From: a virus
Virus record (IMG/VR): IMGVR_UViG_3300045988_129927
DNA: 64,000 nt
Direction: 5' to 3' (one strand)
Shown: in pieces, positions 52,926 through 63,115 of the stretch
How positions within the stretch are numbered: position 1 is the first letter of the stretch
Layout of the letters: each line of letters opens with the position of its first letter
The notes under the pieces: generated by a model
The model's input: the letters and a program-made list of their open reading frames with translations, nothing else
Told to the model about the DNA's origin: nothing
Databases searched by the model: none
Translations under genes and position numbers: made by a program

Positions 52926-54458
52926 ATGAACATTAAAGCATTATTAGCAAAATGTATTTCTTTATTATACAGAGAATCTCAATTAGAAGAAGAATCAGAT
53001 TCCTCTAAACTGGTTAATGATATTATTAGTTCTTTAAAGATTAATAATAGAGACATCAGTGGGACAGACTCTACTTTAAATGACTTAAAAGATTTAGTAT
53101 TGGATATGGTTTCTAGAGAGAACCCTATTCCTTATAATGATTTAATACAACATTTAAAAATCATTTGTGCACAAGACACCACACTTTTTGAAAGTATTCA
53201 GGATAATATTGCATTTGAATTGACACCCCAAGAAGTACAGCGTTCTGTATTATCTTATCGTTTTGAATTAAGTAAATATCTAAAAAATAAAAAAGCACAA
53301 GATATTTTAGAGAAACTGACTTACGATTTAAAATTCAATCGAGATAAAGTAGATGACTTAGATGGTTACATGGCTACTAAATTAACAGATGCGATTGATT
53401 TAGTAAATTACGCTGGTGAAGAAATTCCAGGTGTAGTAATCGAACTAGATTTAAATAACATCGAACAAGTAGCTGAACAATACGAATTAATTAAGAAAGA
53501 ATCAGATGGTTCACGTACTATTCGTATGCCATGGCAAGCAATGAATAGAATGACACGTGGTGGTTTACGTTTAGGTCAACTGACTATAGTGGGTGGTTTA
53601 GCACACAATAATAAAACAGGTGTGTGTTTGTCTATGTTTATTTCAGCTTGTATGTTTAATAATCCTAAAGACTTATTAACCAATCCAAAAAAGAAACCAA
53701 TGAATGTATTGATTTCTTTTGAAGATGACATGCAAATCGTATTATCTAACATCTACACTTTATTAAAAGGTAACTTTGATAATGTCGTCGTAACAGACGA
53801 AGATAAAAGAAACTTAGATAAAAACGAAGCTGCAATGTACGTAAGAGATAAACTACAGTCTACAGGATACAATGTAAAACTGATTCGTATTAATCCATCT
53901 GAATGGTCTTATATTGAAATTCAGAATAAGATTCTAGAATTAGAATCTAAGGGATATGAAATCCACATGTGTCTGATTGACTATTTGAATCTGGCTAATA
54001 AAAATGGTTTACCTAATATTCGTGGTGACTCTGATGTACAGGAATTGTTTAGACGTACTAAAAACTTTATGTGTGCAGGACACAATATTGCTTTATTGAC
54101 ACCACACCAATTATCAGGCGATGCATTGGATTTAAAACGTCAAGGTAATAAGATGTTAGCACAACAAGTATCAGATGGTTCGTATTATGCTGACTGTCGT
54201 GGTTTATATCGTGAACCAGAACTTGAGATTGCTGTAGATATTGTAAAAGACAATGGTACTAAGTATCAAGTATTTGCACGTGGTAAACACCGTGGTCAAA
54301 ACGATACACCAGAAGAACATAAAGTATTTATTTTACCATTCGCACCAGTAGGTGGTTTAAGATACGACATTAATGGAAGTGATACTTCACTGTCTCGTTT
54401 CGGTGCAACACGAAATGAAAATGGTGAAGAAGAATTAGCATTCTACGACGTAGGCTAA
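52926..54458 (+). CDS. dnaB: DnaB-family replicative helicase
   Basis: RecA-fold motifs appear in DnaB order: TRGGLRLGQLTIVGGLAHNNKTGVCL (Walker A variant), ISFEDDM (SxE), MCLIDYLNL (the IDYLQL-type Walker B) and LLTPHQLSG (the SQLxR-type motif). Confidence 0.7.
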   Translation: MNIKALLAKCISLLYRESQLEEESDSSKLVNDIISSLKINNRDISGTDSTLNDLKDLVLDMVSRENPIPYNDLIQHLKIICAQDTTLFESIQDNIAFELTPQEVQRSVLSYRFELSKYLKNKKAQDILEKLTYDLKFNRDKVDDLDGYMATKLTDAIDLVNYAGEEIPGVVIELDLNNIEQVAEQYELIKKESDGSRTIRMPWQAMNRMTRGGLRLGQLTIVGGLAHNNKTGVCLSMFISACMFNNPKDLLTNPKKKPMNVLISFEDDMQIVLSNIYTLLKGNFDNVVVTDEDKRNLDKNEAAMYVRDKLQSTGYNVKLIRINPSEWSYIEIQNKILELESKGYEIHMCLIDYLNLANKNGLPNIRGDSDVQELFRRTKNFMCAGHNIALLTPHQLSGDALDLKRQGNKMLAQQVSDGSYYADCRGLYREPELEIAVDIVKDNGTKYQVFARGKHRGQNDTPEEHKVFILPFAPVGGLRYDINGSDTSLSRFGATRNENGEEELAFYDVG

Positions 54459-54481
54459 AAAATAAAATAGAAAGCATTATA

Positions 54482-54511
54482 CTACTCTCACTGGTTATCC
54501 AGTGAGAGTAG
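54482..54511. terminator. Bidirectional hairpin between convergent genes
   Basis: CTACTCTCACTGG ttat CCAGTGAGAGTAG: a 13-bp perfect stem. Confidence 0.7.
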
Positions 54512-54543
54512 CGTAGCTTTATGTTAAACATTATTTAACAAAG

Positions 54544-55158
54544 TTAAACACCGTTTAAGAGGATGTCACCACCTGTTACTACTTCGATTAATTCGACGTT
54601 AGTATCCAAGTCATAGGTTTTATACGTATCAGATTGTTTAGATTCAGAATCTACAGACTTATAGCATACGTATACATCTAATACGAGTTTACGTACCACA
54701 TGCGTATCCATCAGTGTATTACCAAAGTTACCATCATCGGTAAATTCAGTACTTAACAGACACAAAGAGAATGCTTCGATAGCTTCTGAATCAGATACTT
54801 TTTCAATAAATTTAGAAGTCAAGTCAACACCCCAGCGATAATCGCGGAATGTACCAATCTTAAATTCTTTCTTATTGAAATAATCAATCAGAATACGACG
54901 TACTAAACCAGTACGATCTTGTTCTTCCAGATTAGTAATACCTGTTACAGATTTAGTTTGAGAAGATTGAGCAATTCGTTTAATACGATGTTTGTTAATC
55001 ATGTTAGGATTCTTAATCATCTTATTGATGATTTTGATATTCTTATCGTGTGGTAAAACCTCACTGTACTTTTCTAATTTAGCAATAAAGTTTGCTACGA
55101 AGAATACAATCCCAATTAAGATTAAACAACCTAATGCAAAGAATGCAAATTTTTCCAT
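54544..55158 (-). CDS. Hypothetical N-terminally membrane-anchored protein
   Basis: 204-aa ORF with RBS AAAGGAACTATTAAA. The N-terminal hydrophobic helix is FAFFALGCLILIGIVFFVANFI. Confidence 0.6.
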   Translation of the reverse strand: MEKFAFFALGCLILIGIVFFVANFIAKLEKYSEVLPHDKNIKIINKMIKNPNMINKHRIKRIAQSSQTKSVTGITNLEEQDRTGLVRRILIDYFNKKEFKIGTFRDYRWGVDLTSKFIEKVSDSEAIEAFSLCLLSTEFTDDGNFGNTLMDTHVVRKLVLDVYVCYKSVDSESKQSDTYKTYDLDTNVELIEVVTGGDILLNGV

Positions 55159-55183
55159 TTTAATAGTTCCTTTAAATAAGTTA

Positions 55184-55204
55184 CCTGAATTAATTTAATT
55201 CAGG
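55184..55204. promoter_or_regulatory. Perfect 21-bp palindrome in a divergent control region
   Basis: CCTGAATTAA t TTAATTCAGG has 10-bp arms. It lies 26-46 nt upstream of the ATG at 55158 (minus strand) and ~150 nt upstream of the SNF2 start. Confidence 0.4.
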
Positions 55205-55211
55205 CGACATA

Positions 55212-55224
55212 GGCGTATAACGCC
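55212..55224. promoter_or_regulatory. GC-rich mini inverted repeat next to the palindrome
   Basis: GGCGT ata ACGCC, an unusually GC-rich element for this AT-rich intergenic DNA. Confidence 0.25.
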
Positions 55225-55356
55225 GTAAGTTAATAAATAGATGTACTATCTAATAGATTTGTACACTTTAATAGTATAGATTTAAATTATCTTAGATTAA
55301 GGTATAAAGGACAATGGAAAGATATGAATAACCTTATAGTAAAGAGGAATAATAAA

Positions 55357-57492
55357 ATGTTTGAAGTATTTAAATCACCGACTATTAAAGAAGATACTAC
55401 TAAAAATCAAATCATTGTAGAGGGTATTAATCTAAAACTAGTATATCGTGATTTTGAGAAATACATTGGTTCTAAGATGCTCTATAATATCTTAGATAAG
55501 TCAGGTAGATGGGAAATGAAATTCCAGAAATTTTATTTACCTGACATGTATCATGTAGTATTAGAATTACTAAACAATGATAAATTTAAACGTAGAATTG
55601 TATCTCGTTCTAAATTACAAAAATTAAAAGAATTGTTTGAGACTATTCCTTTGGTACAGAATATTAAATTAATTCAAAATACCAAAGATGAAGATATTCC
55701 TAGTGTGAATAAATCTATTTTAAAGAATATATTCGTACCAGGATTTAAGTTATTTGAACATCAAGATAAGTTTATTGATAACTGTTTATTTAAATCTAAG
55801 TTAATGGATTTAAGAGGCTATCTATTAGACGCAGGGCCTGGTTTAGGTAAGACCATTAATTCTATTGCTTTAATGGAACTATTAGGTGCAGATAAGATTA
55901 TTGTCGTATGTCCTAAGAAAGCAGTTATCGACGTATGGGAAGAGACCATTAATCGTATTTACAGTAAACCACAGACTTATAATCTCTCTATTGATTCTGT
56001 CAAGGGTGGTAAAGTTAAATTAGCTAATTTTTCTCTAGACAGTAAATTCATGGTTTGTCACTTTGAAGCACTGGATAAATTAGTAGCTAGTTTAAGAAAT
56101 ATACCTAACGCTAGATACTGCATTATAGGTGATGAAGGCCATAATCTGAATAGCTATAAATCAGAACGCTCCACATTGTTTAGAGAATTGAATAAAATAG
56201 TTAATCCTTATTTCTGTTTATGGATGTCAGGTACACCACTAAAAGCATTAGGTAGTGAAACCATGACAATGTTTGAAACTATTGATAAGTTATTTACACC
56301 TGAAGTGGTTAAATCCTTTACTTCTGTATTTGGTATTTCTGGTGTCTATGCTGCCACTGTTATGGCAAATCGTTTACAATTAGTAAAAGCTACTATTAAA
56401 GCTCAAGGTTCAGGTGTAGAACAATTTACCTATCAATCTAAAGTAGTCTTACCTGATGCTTGGAAATATACATTATCTACTATTCGTGAAGAAATGAAAA
56501 AATACATTAGAGAGCGTACTGCTTTTTATCATGAATTTAGAGAAGAGTATATTGAAGAGTATTTTGAAGGTATTGAAGAGTTTAAATCTAACTTAGGAAG
56601 TAACTTTGATAGTAAGATGCAAATAGCATTAGATGAATACCTAGCTAAAACCAAAGAACTCCATAATGGATATAACCCAACATCTCCAGTACACAAACAA
56701 TACATTATTGATTGTAATTACTTTGAAGATAAAGTAATTATTCCTATTCTTTCTAATAAGACTAAGAAGATATTTAGAAAAGCTAAGTCTGTTTATAAAT
56801 ACGTAGAACTTACGATTATTGGAGAAACATTAGGTAATGTTATTGGACGTAAGAGAACTGAGTGTAATAAAGCTATTGTAGAAGCGATGACAAAATCATT
56901 TACTGTAGTGAATGAAGAGAGTAAAGAAACTTATGAAACAAATCTAGGTGAAGTCATTCGTGATGCTGAAGCAAAAACATTAATCTTTACAGATTATGTA
57001 GATGTACTAAAACGTTGTAATGAAATCTTAACAGAAGAAGGTTTCCACCCTATTACTATTTTCGGTGAAACAACAACAACTATTGGTCTATCTAATCAAG
57101 TTAAACAGTTTAAAGAAAACAGTAAGATTAACCCTTTGATTACGACATTTAAAACATTGTCAGAAGCAGTGCCTTTAACAGAAGCCAATACAGTAATCTT
57201 CTTGAACTTACCATTTAGGTCTGGTACTTACGACCAAGCAGTTAAACGAGCAAATCGTATTGGTCAAACTAAAGATGTACACTTATACGAAGTAACATTA
57301 GATACAGGTGGTGAAGAAAACATTTCTACACGAAACTTAGATATCTTAAAATGGTCTGAAGAACAAGTAAGTATCTTAATGGGTGATAAGAAAGGTGAGA
57401 TGGAAGTAGTATCTAAACTGACTATAGACCACTTCTTACCTGATATGGTTACTAGAGGTATTCCTAGTATTAAAGACTTTAAAATGTTCTAA
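55357..57492 (+). CDS. SNF2-family helicase/translocase
   Basis: LFEHQDKFI and LLDAGPGLGKT form motif I, IIGDEGHNLN is the DEGH box, WMSGTPL is motif III, and the C-terminal helicase lobe has YDQAVKRANRIGQTKDVHLYE. I prefer the ATG at 55357 (AAGAGGAATAATAAA), but the in-frame ATG at 55324 is possible. Confidence 0.85.
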   Translation: MFEVFKSPTIKEDTTKNQIIVEGINLKLVYRDFEKYIGSKMLYNILDKSGRWEMKFQKFYLPDMYHVVLELLNNDKFKRRIVSRSKLQKLKELFETIPLVQNIKLIQNTKDEDIPSVNKSILKNIFVPGFKLFEHQDKFIDNCLFKSKLMDLRGYLLDAGPGLGKTINSIALMELLGADKIIVVCPKKAVIDVWEETINRIYSKPQTYNLSIDSVKGGKVKLANFSLDSKFMVCHFEALDKLVASLRNIPNARYCIIGDEGHNLNSYKSERSTLFRELNKIVNPYFCLWMSGTPLKALGSETMTMFETIDKLFTPEVVKSFTSVFGISGVYAATVMANRLQLVKATIKAQGSGVEQFTYQSKVVLPDAWKYTLSTIREEMKKYIRERTAFYHEFREEYIEEYFEGIEEFKSNLGSNFDSKMQIALDEYLAKTKELHNGYNPTSPVHKQYIIDCNYFEDKVIIPILSNKTKKIFRKAKSVYKYVELTIIGETLGNVIGRKRTECNKAIVEAMTKSFTVVNEESKETYETNLGEVIRDAEAKTLIFTDYVDVLKRCNEILTEEGFHPITIFGETTTTIGLSNQVKQFKENSKINPLITTFKTLSEAVPLTEANTVIFLNLPFRSGTYDQAVKRANRIGQTKDVHLYEVTLDTGGEENISTRNLDILKWSEEQVSILMGDKKGEMEVVSKLTIDHFLPDMVTRGIPSIKDFKMF

Positions 57493-57521
57493 AAAATAAA
57501 GTAAAACAAAAGTAAACATAT

Positions 57522-57559
57522 TACTCTATACAGTACCCGTTAAGGTACTGTATAGAGTA
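57522..57559. terminator. Bidirectional hairpin between convergent genes
   Basis: TACTCTATACAGTACC cgttaa GGTACTGTATAGAGTA: a 16-bp perfect stem. Confidence 0.75.
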
Positions 57560-57566
57560 GATTATG

Positions 57567-59243
57567 TTATTTAGGTAAATATTCGTAGAATGGTTCTAAT
57601 GGATTATCGACATCAGTACTGTCGGTAAATTCATACTTAATATCAGTACGACCATAAATACCTTCAGCAATCTTGTAGATGTGGGTACTGGTATTTTTAA
57701 AACTTGATTCACTACCAGTAACGACATCCGTATAAGTTAGAACTTCATCTATAGTATTATAATTAAACATAGGTGTTTCTACACCACATGTCTTATTACA
57801 ATAAATTAACTTATTATCAGGGAAAATAGTATCTTTATTTTCATCTGAACTATTAGCTAGATATTTACCAATTTCAGAATATTTAACCATTAGTTCTAAT
57901 GGGTAGTATCTGTATGTATATATACCCTCAGTCTTAGCTAAAGCTCTTTTAAAGTAAATATTCTTGAATAGTACGTATTCACCCTCAGGTAATTGAATTG
58001 CTCCATGTGGTTCAAACACTTTACCTACACTTCTATCGTTGTTTCCTTCAGAAGGTAACATAGGTCTTACGTAGCTAGACATACAGTTAGGTACTAAATA
58101 GAAACCATCGTTATCTTCACGAGTATCGTTATCTAAAATAGTAAAAGCACCGTGGTCGTTTACATTATCAGAAATACCGAGATTTAAATGGTAAGCTAAC
58201 AATTTATTAGATAACGCACCATCTCGTAACATATCTTGAATTTTGTAAGCTTTTTCTGCTAAGCTACGACATCCTGTGAAATCACGAATAAAGTTAATGA
58301 AATAACCAACCAAAGAATTAATAAACAAACATTCACCTTTTATTACTTTAGTAACATGGTGGTTTGATTTTAAGAATTCAGCTAGTAATCCTCTAGGAAT
58401 AATGTATTCATTACGTTTAACTGTTAAGAAATCTGCTTGATAGATTTTACCTTCAATTTCATATACCTCTTTATGGTAATACTTATCAGGTGAATCCATA
58501 ATACCATCATTCATGCCTTCTGGGTGTAACCAGATACCATCGTAATAAAATTCATGATCACCAATATCCAATGGAATAGTAGACACTCCATCACTACCTT
58601 TAAGGAAAGATAGCATGTGGTCAAATTCAATTAAATCTTCATCATTAATTTTATCGCTCATGGCGTCAAAGTAATAAATAGGAATTTCTTTCTCAAGATA
58701 CATGCTATACTTGTGTTTATTTTGCTTATATAATGCACTGCGAAATCCTACGGCAGTGTCTAAACTACTAAACACAGGATTAAAATCGTCCTTATTCTTT
58801 ACTTCACTTTCAGGTAGTTTTACCATAAAACGGTGGTTTTTACTAAAACCATGGATACCATGATGTCGTAGAATATTCGGATAAAAAGTTTCCGGTGAAT
58901 GACCTACTACACTCTTGTTATCTACAGAATACATTCTGTCATCTAAACCAGTGATAATGAACATATAACCAATCTGTGTAACATCGATACCTACTGGCAA
59001 TTCGTATTCTTCTGGATTATATTTTACACTATCAGGATCAACATAATACTCATGATCACTACCATATGCTGTAATATCAATCACAGCAATATTACCAATA
59101 ACAGTAACAGCACGGTTATTGGATTTAAAACTGGTTTTAATACCACTTACTTTATAGACACCTGAAACTTTTTCTTCAGAAATGGCTAAAACACTGTGAA
59201 GAATTTCTAATACAAATGCTTCGTTGTCGTAATTATTAGACAT
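57567..59243 (-). CDS. Large hypothetical protein (array member P1)
   Basis: 558-aa ORF with RBS AAAGGAAATTATT, bounded by hairpins 59269..59303 and 57522..57559. It shares only short modules with P2-P4 (VTVIGNIAVIDI, IITGLDD). Confidence 0.7.
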   Translation of the reverse strand: MSNNYDNEAFVLEILHSVLAISEEKVSGVYKVSGIKTSFKSNNRAVTVIGNIAVIDITAYGSDHEYYVDPDSVKYNPEEYELPVGIDVTQIGYMFIITGLDDRMYSVDNKSVVGHSPETFYPNILRHHGIHGFSKNHRFMVKLPESEVKNKDDFNPVFSSLDTAVGFRSALYKQNKHKYSMYLEKEIPIYYFDAMSDKINDEDLIEFDHMLSFLKGSDGVSTIPLDIGDHEFYYDGIWLHPEGMNDGIMDSPDKYYHKEVYEIEGKIYQADFLTVKRNEYIIPRGLLAEFLKSNHHVTKVIKGECLFINSLVGYFINFIRDFTGCRSLAEKAYKIQDMLRDGALSNKLLAYHLNLGISDNVNDHGAFTILDNDTREDNDGFYLVPNCMSSYVRPMLPSEGNNDRSVGKVFEPHGAIQLPEGEYVLFKNIYFKRALAKTEGIYTYRYYPLELMVKYSEIGKYLANSSDENKDTIFPDNKLIYCNKTCGVETPMFNYNTIDEVLTYTDVVTGSESSFKNTSTHIYKIAEGIYGRTDIKYEFTDSTDVDNPLEPFYEYLPK

Positions 59244-59268
59244 AATAATTTCCTTTACATAAAGATTA

Positions 59269-59303
59269 AATTACCCTATGGGATAGATTCCCATAGAGTA
59301 ATT
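59269..59303 (-). terminator. Hairpin between array members P2 and P1
   Basis: AATTACCCTATGGGA tagat TCCCATAGAGTAATT: a 15-bp stem with one mismatch. Confidence 0.6.
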
Positions 59304-59319
59304 AAGGTTAAAAGTTAAA

Positions 59320-61011
59320 TTAGAATTTAATATCCATAGGGATAGGTGTTACATAATTAGTCTCACTAAATTCTGTATAGTATTTACCAGTAGAAATATC
59401 CTTATAAAAATCACGATGATAACCTTCACTCCAGTGTGATTTAACAAAGTAAATACCTGAAGTATCTTTACCATTTTCAAAGGCTTCTTTAAGGTATTTC
59501 TCACAATCTTCTGCTGTTAAGAATATTTCTGAACAACTTTTGAATGAAGGGATTTTCAAACCAGATTCGTTTTTCTCTACTTTAACAAAATAACACTCTT
59601 CGCGTAAGTCGATAAGCTGCCACACATATTCTTGTTTTGCATCAAGATTAAATGGCCGAATATTCTTAACGTTAATGTGTTTACCTGCAAAACATTTAAA
59701 TACATCTTTATAGTTAAGCATATTGGGTTTATAGTGAATAACACAATCATTATTTAACGTGATTGTATGTATTCTTTTTTCTTCTTTGTAACGTCTAGTG
59801 AAGAAACCACCATGTTTAAATTCATGGAAGAATTCTTTTTCAGTTATATTAGTTAAGATTTCATCAACATTAACAGGTTTTCCTTTCCTATTAAAGATGT
59901 AATCATCTTTACGAAGACCAAATATTTTATTAAGTTTTTCTTTAATGTTATCAAATAAGGTGTTATCTGTAAATACTGCATCTTTATGCAACCCAGGATA
60001 AATCTTAGATTGAACACCTAAGCTGATAAATACATCAGTGTAATCAGATAAAGTAGTTTCTTTTACTTCATTCTTATTTCCTAACATTTTATCAATACAG
60101 TCAATAATAAATTTAGTATCTTTTGCTAAATCCTTAGTGAATAGTTTAACACTATTATCATCACGCAATGGCTCGATTAATTCACGGCTAATGTAACAGT
60201 TAGTTAAAACATGTTCAGATAAGTCTGCATTTGAGATATCAGATACACTAATGAGATATTCACCTTCGTATTCGATATTTTCCAAATAGCTTGTAACATC
60301 GTATTTGGTTGAAAATGTATTAACAAAGCTACGGCGTCCAGGTTTTACAGTAAACTGGACATTTTCGTTACTATGTTGTCCGTATTGATAAATAGGTGCG
60401 AGATATTCGTATTCTACTTCTGGTACAGTGAATGAAGGCAAATAGAATTCACCGTCTTTATCTTTTAACCAAACAGTAATAACCTTATCTTTACCATATT
60501 CATTGATATTAATGTGTCTGATAATAGAATTAGCTACACTAAATGCCGCGTATTTTGAAGGTTTAATGAATAACTGTACACTGTCATCGAAAGCACGGTC
60601 TACGAAGAAACCAAAACCTGTTAGATTTCTCAGTCTCTTGACAATAACACGAATGAGTTTCTTCAGTTCAACTTCAGATACACTTAGTAACTCTCTTTCT
60701 TTTTCTAATGCTGCTTGTTTTTCAGGATCATCGTACTTACTACACATAATGGAATAAGCATCGTAACAAATACGGATAGGGAGTTCGATAGAATTAGGAT
60801 TAGGACGAACCAGTTTATGGTACATCTTGTTTAAATCAAGAAGATCGTATTGATGTATAATCCCATTAACCATATTTTCAATGATTTCTCGTGGCAAACC
60901 ATTTACTTTAGAATCTAAATACCAGTACAACAAACCATCCTTATATAGTGGTCGAGTATCAGGTTCTTTTGGGGAGTCAGTAGCAGGTTTAAAATCAGTG
61001 TTAAGATTCAT
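59320..61011 (-). CDS. Large hypothetical protein (array member P2, paralogue of P4)
   Basis: 563-aa ORF with RBS AAAAGGAAATTAAA. Its C-terminal ~200 aa are collinear with the 63163.. product (ILTNITEKEFFHEF, VKVEKNESGLKIPSFKSCSEIFLT, YVTPIPMDIKF). Confidence 0.7.
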   Translation of the reverse strand: MNLNTDFKPATDSPKEPDTRPLYKDGLLYWYLDSKVNGLPREIIENMVNGIIHQYDLLDLNKMYHKLVRPNPNSIELPIRICYDAYSIMCSKYDDPEKQAALEKERELLSVSEVELKKLIRVIVKRLRNLTGFGFFVDRAFDDSVQLFIKPSKYAAFSVANSIIRHININEYGKDKVITVWLKDKDGEFYLPSFTVPEVEYEYLAPIYQYGQHSNENVQFTVKPGRRSFVNTFSTKYDVTSYLENIEYEGEYLISVSDISNADLSEHVLTNCYISRELIEPLRDDNSVKLFTKDLAKDTKFIIDCIDKMLGNKNEVKETTLSDYTDVFISLGVQSKIYPGLHKDAVFTDNTLFDNIKEKLNKIFGLRKDDYIFNRKGKPVNVDEILTNITEKEFFHEFKHGGFFTRRYKEEKRIHTITLNNDCVIHYKPNMLNYKDVFKCFAGKHINVKNIRPFNLDAKQEYVWQLIDLREECYFVKVEKNESGLKIPSFKSCSEIFLTAEDCEKYLKEAFENGKDTSGIYFVKSHWSEGYHRDFYKDISTGKYYTEFSETNYVTPIPMDIKF

Positions 61012-61041
61012 TTTAATTTCCTTTTAATAAAAGTTAAGAAA

Positions 61042-61063
61042 AGAGTGCCTATACAGACACTCT
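61042..61063 (-). terminator. Weak hairpin between array members P3 and P2
   Basis: AGAGTG c CT atac AG a CACTCT: 6 + 2 bp with an internal mismatch. Confidence 0.3.
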
Positions 61064-61070
61064 CTATTTA

Positions 61071-62834
61071 TTACAAACGGGTAATTTGATATTCTTTAAT
61101 TAAAGAATCGTCTAAATCAGTAAAACCACTAACAGCATAAGTGTTTTTATTCAAACGAGAAACCACACAACCTTTCTCTAACAATTCTTTAATGGTATAG
61201 AATTTTACTTGATGAGAAAAACTGGTTTCACTATCTTGACCAAATTCACACACACCAAATACATTACCACGATAGGTACTAAGACCTTTTTCATTCCAAA
61301 TGCTAAAGTCAGAATAATCACCTTCATCGACAATTGCTGTAGCGATTTTTTCACTACAAGCAATACTAGCGTAATGATAATTAGCATGTTTATCAATAAG
61401 CACATTGTAGTCAATAAGACTGTTGATAAAAACACCAACTGTTTCATTTTCATCAAAGTCAGTATTAGGCTCAATGATTTCACCATGTACTAAATCTTGA
61501 CCATCCTTAATAATACGAAATGGTGTTGAAATTATACCAATACTGTTAGCATCTTTAGAATAGATGACGCGCTTATCATCGACTTTACTATAAGTATAAT
61601 ATAACTTACTACCATCATTACAAACATAACCATACATCTTTTCAATATAGCATCCAAGATATCCTTCGCCAATAATCCCGTCTTCAATATATTGTTTAAC
61701 TTTATTAATCTCTTCAGTTAAACCATATAAGTTTTTAGGATTATCGTAAGTCTTAATAAATTCTAAGAATTCAGATTTCAAGTCACTACAGTAGATAACA
61801 ATATCATTGTCAATGACTCGTTTAATGGTTTCACTAGAATTAATAAACTCTTGGTATAGGATAAATGGAATAAGTTTAGATTGGTTATTTAATGGTTTGC
61901 GATAAGCAAGAATATAATCACAACCACCACTATAACTAATATCGATAGAAGTAGGTGTAAAACCATTTACACTACTATCACCATGGTTTTTAATGAAGTT
62001 ATCAATATCATCGTAATAGTCGATATCATCAGAGAGATAAATACCAGATACAATGACAATATCATCACCAATAAATTTAGTAGAATATCCATCAAATGGT
62101 TTAAACTCTACCTTTTTCATAGGCAGTGATTCTGATGTAAAGTAATAGCCTTCGTATTGCTTACCGTATATTTTTACTTTATCTAAATCAAAGTCATTTG
62201 TATCAATGTGGTAAACTTCAGATTCAATACCGTATTGTTCTTGAATTCTGTATTTATAGTTTAACATGATTTCAATATTATCGAAGATAATGTAAGTAGA
62301 ATCAGGTTTAGCGTCTTTTTCAATCAGTGCAAACTTGTGGTTATTGTAACCAAAATTGGTAATTGGTTTAACTACTTTAGCGTTAGCACGAAGAATAGTC
62401 AATTCTTCTTCTGTAAAACCAGTAACGATAAGAGTGGGTTCGATACCAATACCGTATTTTGAACTATCATCAGAACGACTAACTGCTTTAATGGTGTATT
62501 TATCTTTAAGTTGTTTAAAATGCTCGATAAATTTACCCATGGCTCTACGTGTATTTTCACCGTTTACAGGTTTATACACAGCATGGAAAATATCTATATA
62601 GTTAATTAAAACACAATCGTTAATTACTGTGAAATGACACTTACCACTAAAGTCTTCACGTAAACCATTAATGGTGATATTTGAATGCTCATCTACATTA
62701 CCATCAAAAAGAATATCAACAATGGCTTGCAATGTTTGTTGGTCTGTTGGTCGGTATTTTGTATCTTTTTGTTTTGCTTGTGTATCTTTGGCATTGGGAC
62801 TAACATAGTCTTTAATGAATTTATATGTACCCAT
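61071..62834 (-). CDS. Large hypothetical protein (array member P3)
   Basis: 587-aa ORF with RBS AAGGAGACTAAAG, starting 11 nt after the lipoprotein gene. It shares FTVINDCVLINY with P2 (ITLNNDCVIHY). It also has an internal repeat (LIVTGFTEEELTIL and YAVSGFTDLDDSLI). Confidence 0.7.
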   Translation of the reverse strand: MGTYKFIKDYVSPNAKDTQAKQKDTKYRPTDQQTLQAIVDILFDGNVDEHSNITINGLREDFSGKCHFTVINDCVLINYIDIFHAVYKPVNGENTRRAMGKFIEHFKQLKDKYTIKAVSRSDDSSKYGIGIEPTLIVTGFTEEELTILRANAKVVKPITNFGYNNHKFALIEKDAKPDSTYIIFDNIEIMLNYKYRIQEQYGIESEVYHIDTNDFDLDKVKIYGKQYEGYYFTSESLPMKKVEFKPFDGYSTKFIGDDIVIVSGIYLSDDIDYYDDIDNFIKNHGDSSVNGFTPTSIDISYSGGCDYILAYRKPLNNQSKLIPFILYQEFINSSETIKRVIDNDIVIYCSDLKSEFLEFIKTYDNPKNLYGLTEEINKVKQYIEDGIIGEGYLGCYIEKMYGYVCNDGSKLYYTYSKVDDKRVIYSKDANSIGIISTPFRIIKDGQDLVHGEIIEPNTDFDENETVGVFINSLIDYNVLIDKHANYHYASIACSEKIATAIVDEGDYSDFSIWNEKGLSTYRGNVFGVCEFGQDSETSFSHQVKFYTIKELLEKGCVVSRLNKNTYAVSGFTDLDDSLIKEYQITRL

Positions 62835-62845
62835 CTTTAGTCTCC

Positions 62846-63085
62846 TTATTTAGAGAATTTAGCAAAAGCCTTACAATCTTCGTCTTTATCGTTATTGAAA
62901 CAATAATCACGAATCTCGTTACAGGCAATACTGTTATTTTCTTTGCACATGATACCAGAGTCTTCGTTAATCTGTACTTCTACATTCAGATTAGTTTCTT
63001 CAGTAGGAGTAACAGGTGTAGATTCTACCTTTTGTGTAGCACAACCACAAATAGCAAGAGCCAATAAAATAAAAAGTTTATTCAT
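62846..63085 (-). CDS. Small Cys-rich predicted lipoprotein
   Basis: 79 aa with RBS AAAGGAAACTTAAA. The signal peptide MNKLFILLALAICGC has a lipobox-like ending. Four more Cys lie in the mature part. Confidence 0.6.
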   Translation of the reverse strand: MNKLFILLALAICGCATQKVESTPVTPTEETNLNVEVQINEDSGIMCKENNSIACNEIRDYCFNNDKDEDCKAFAKFSK

Positions 63086-63115
63086 TTTAAGTTTCCTTTA
63101 TAAAAAGAGAATGCG

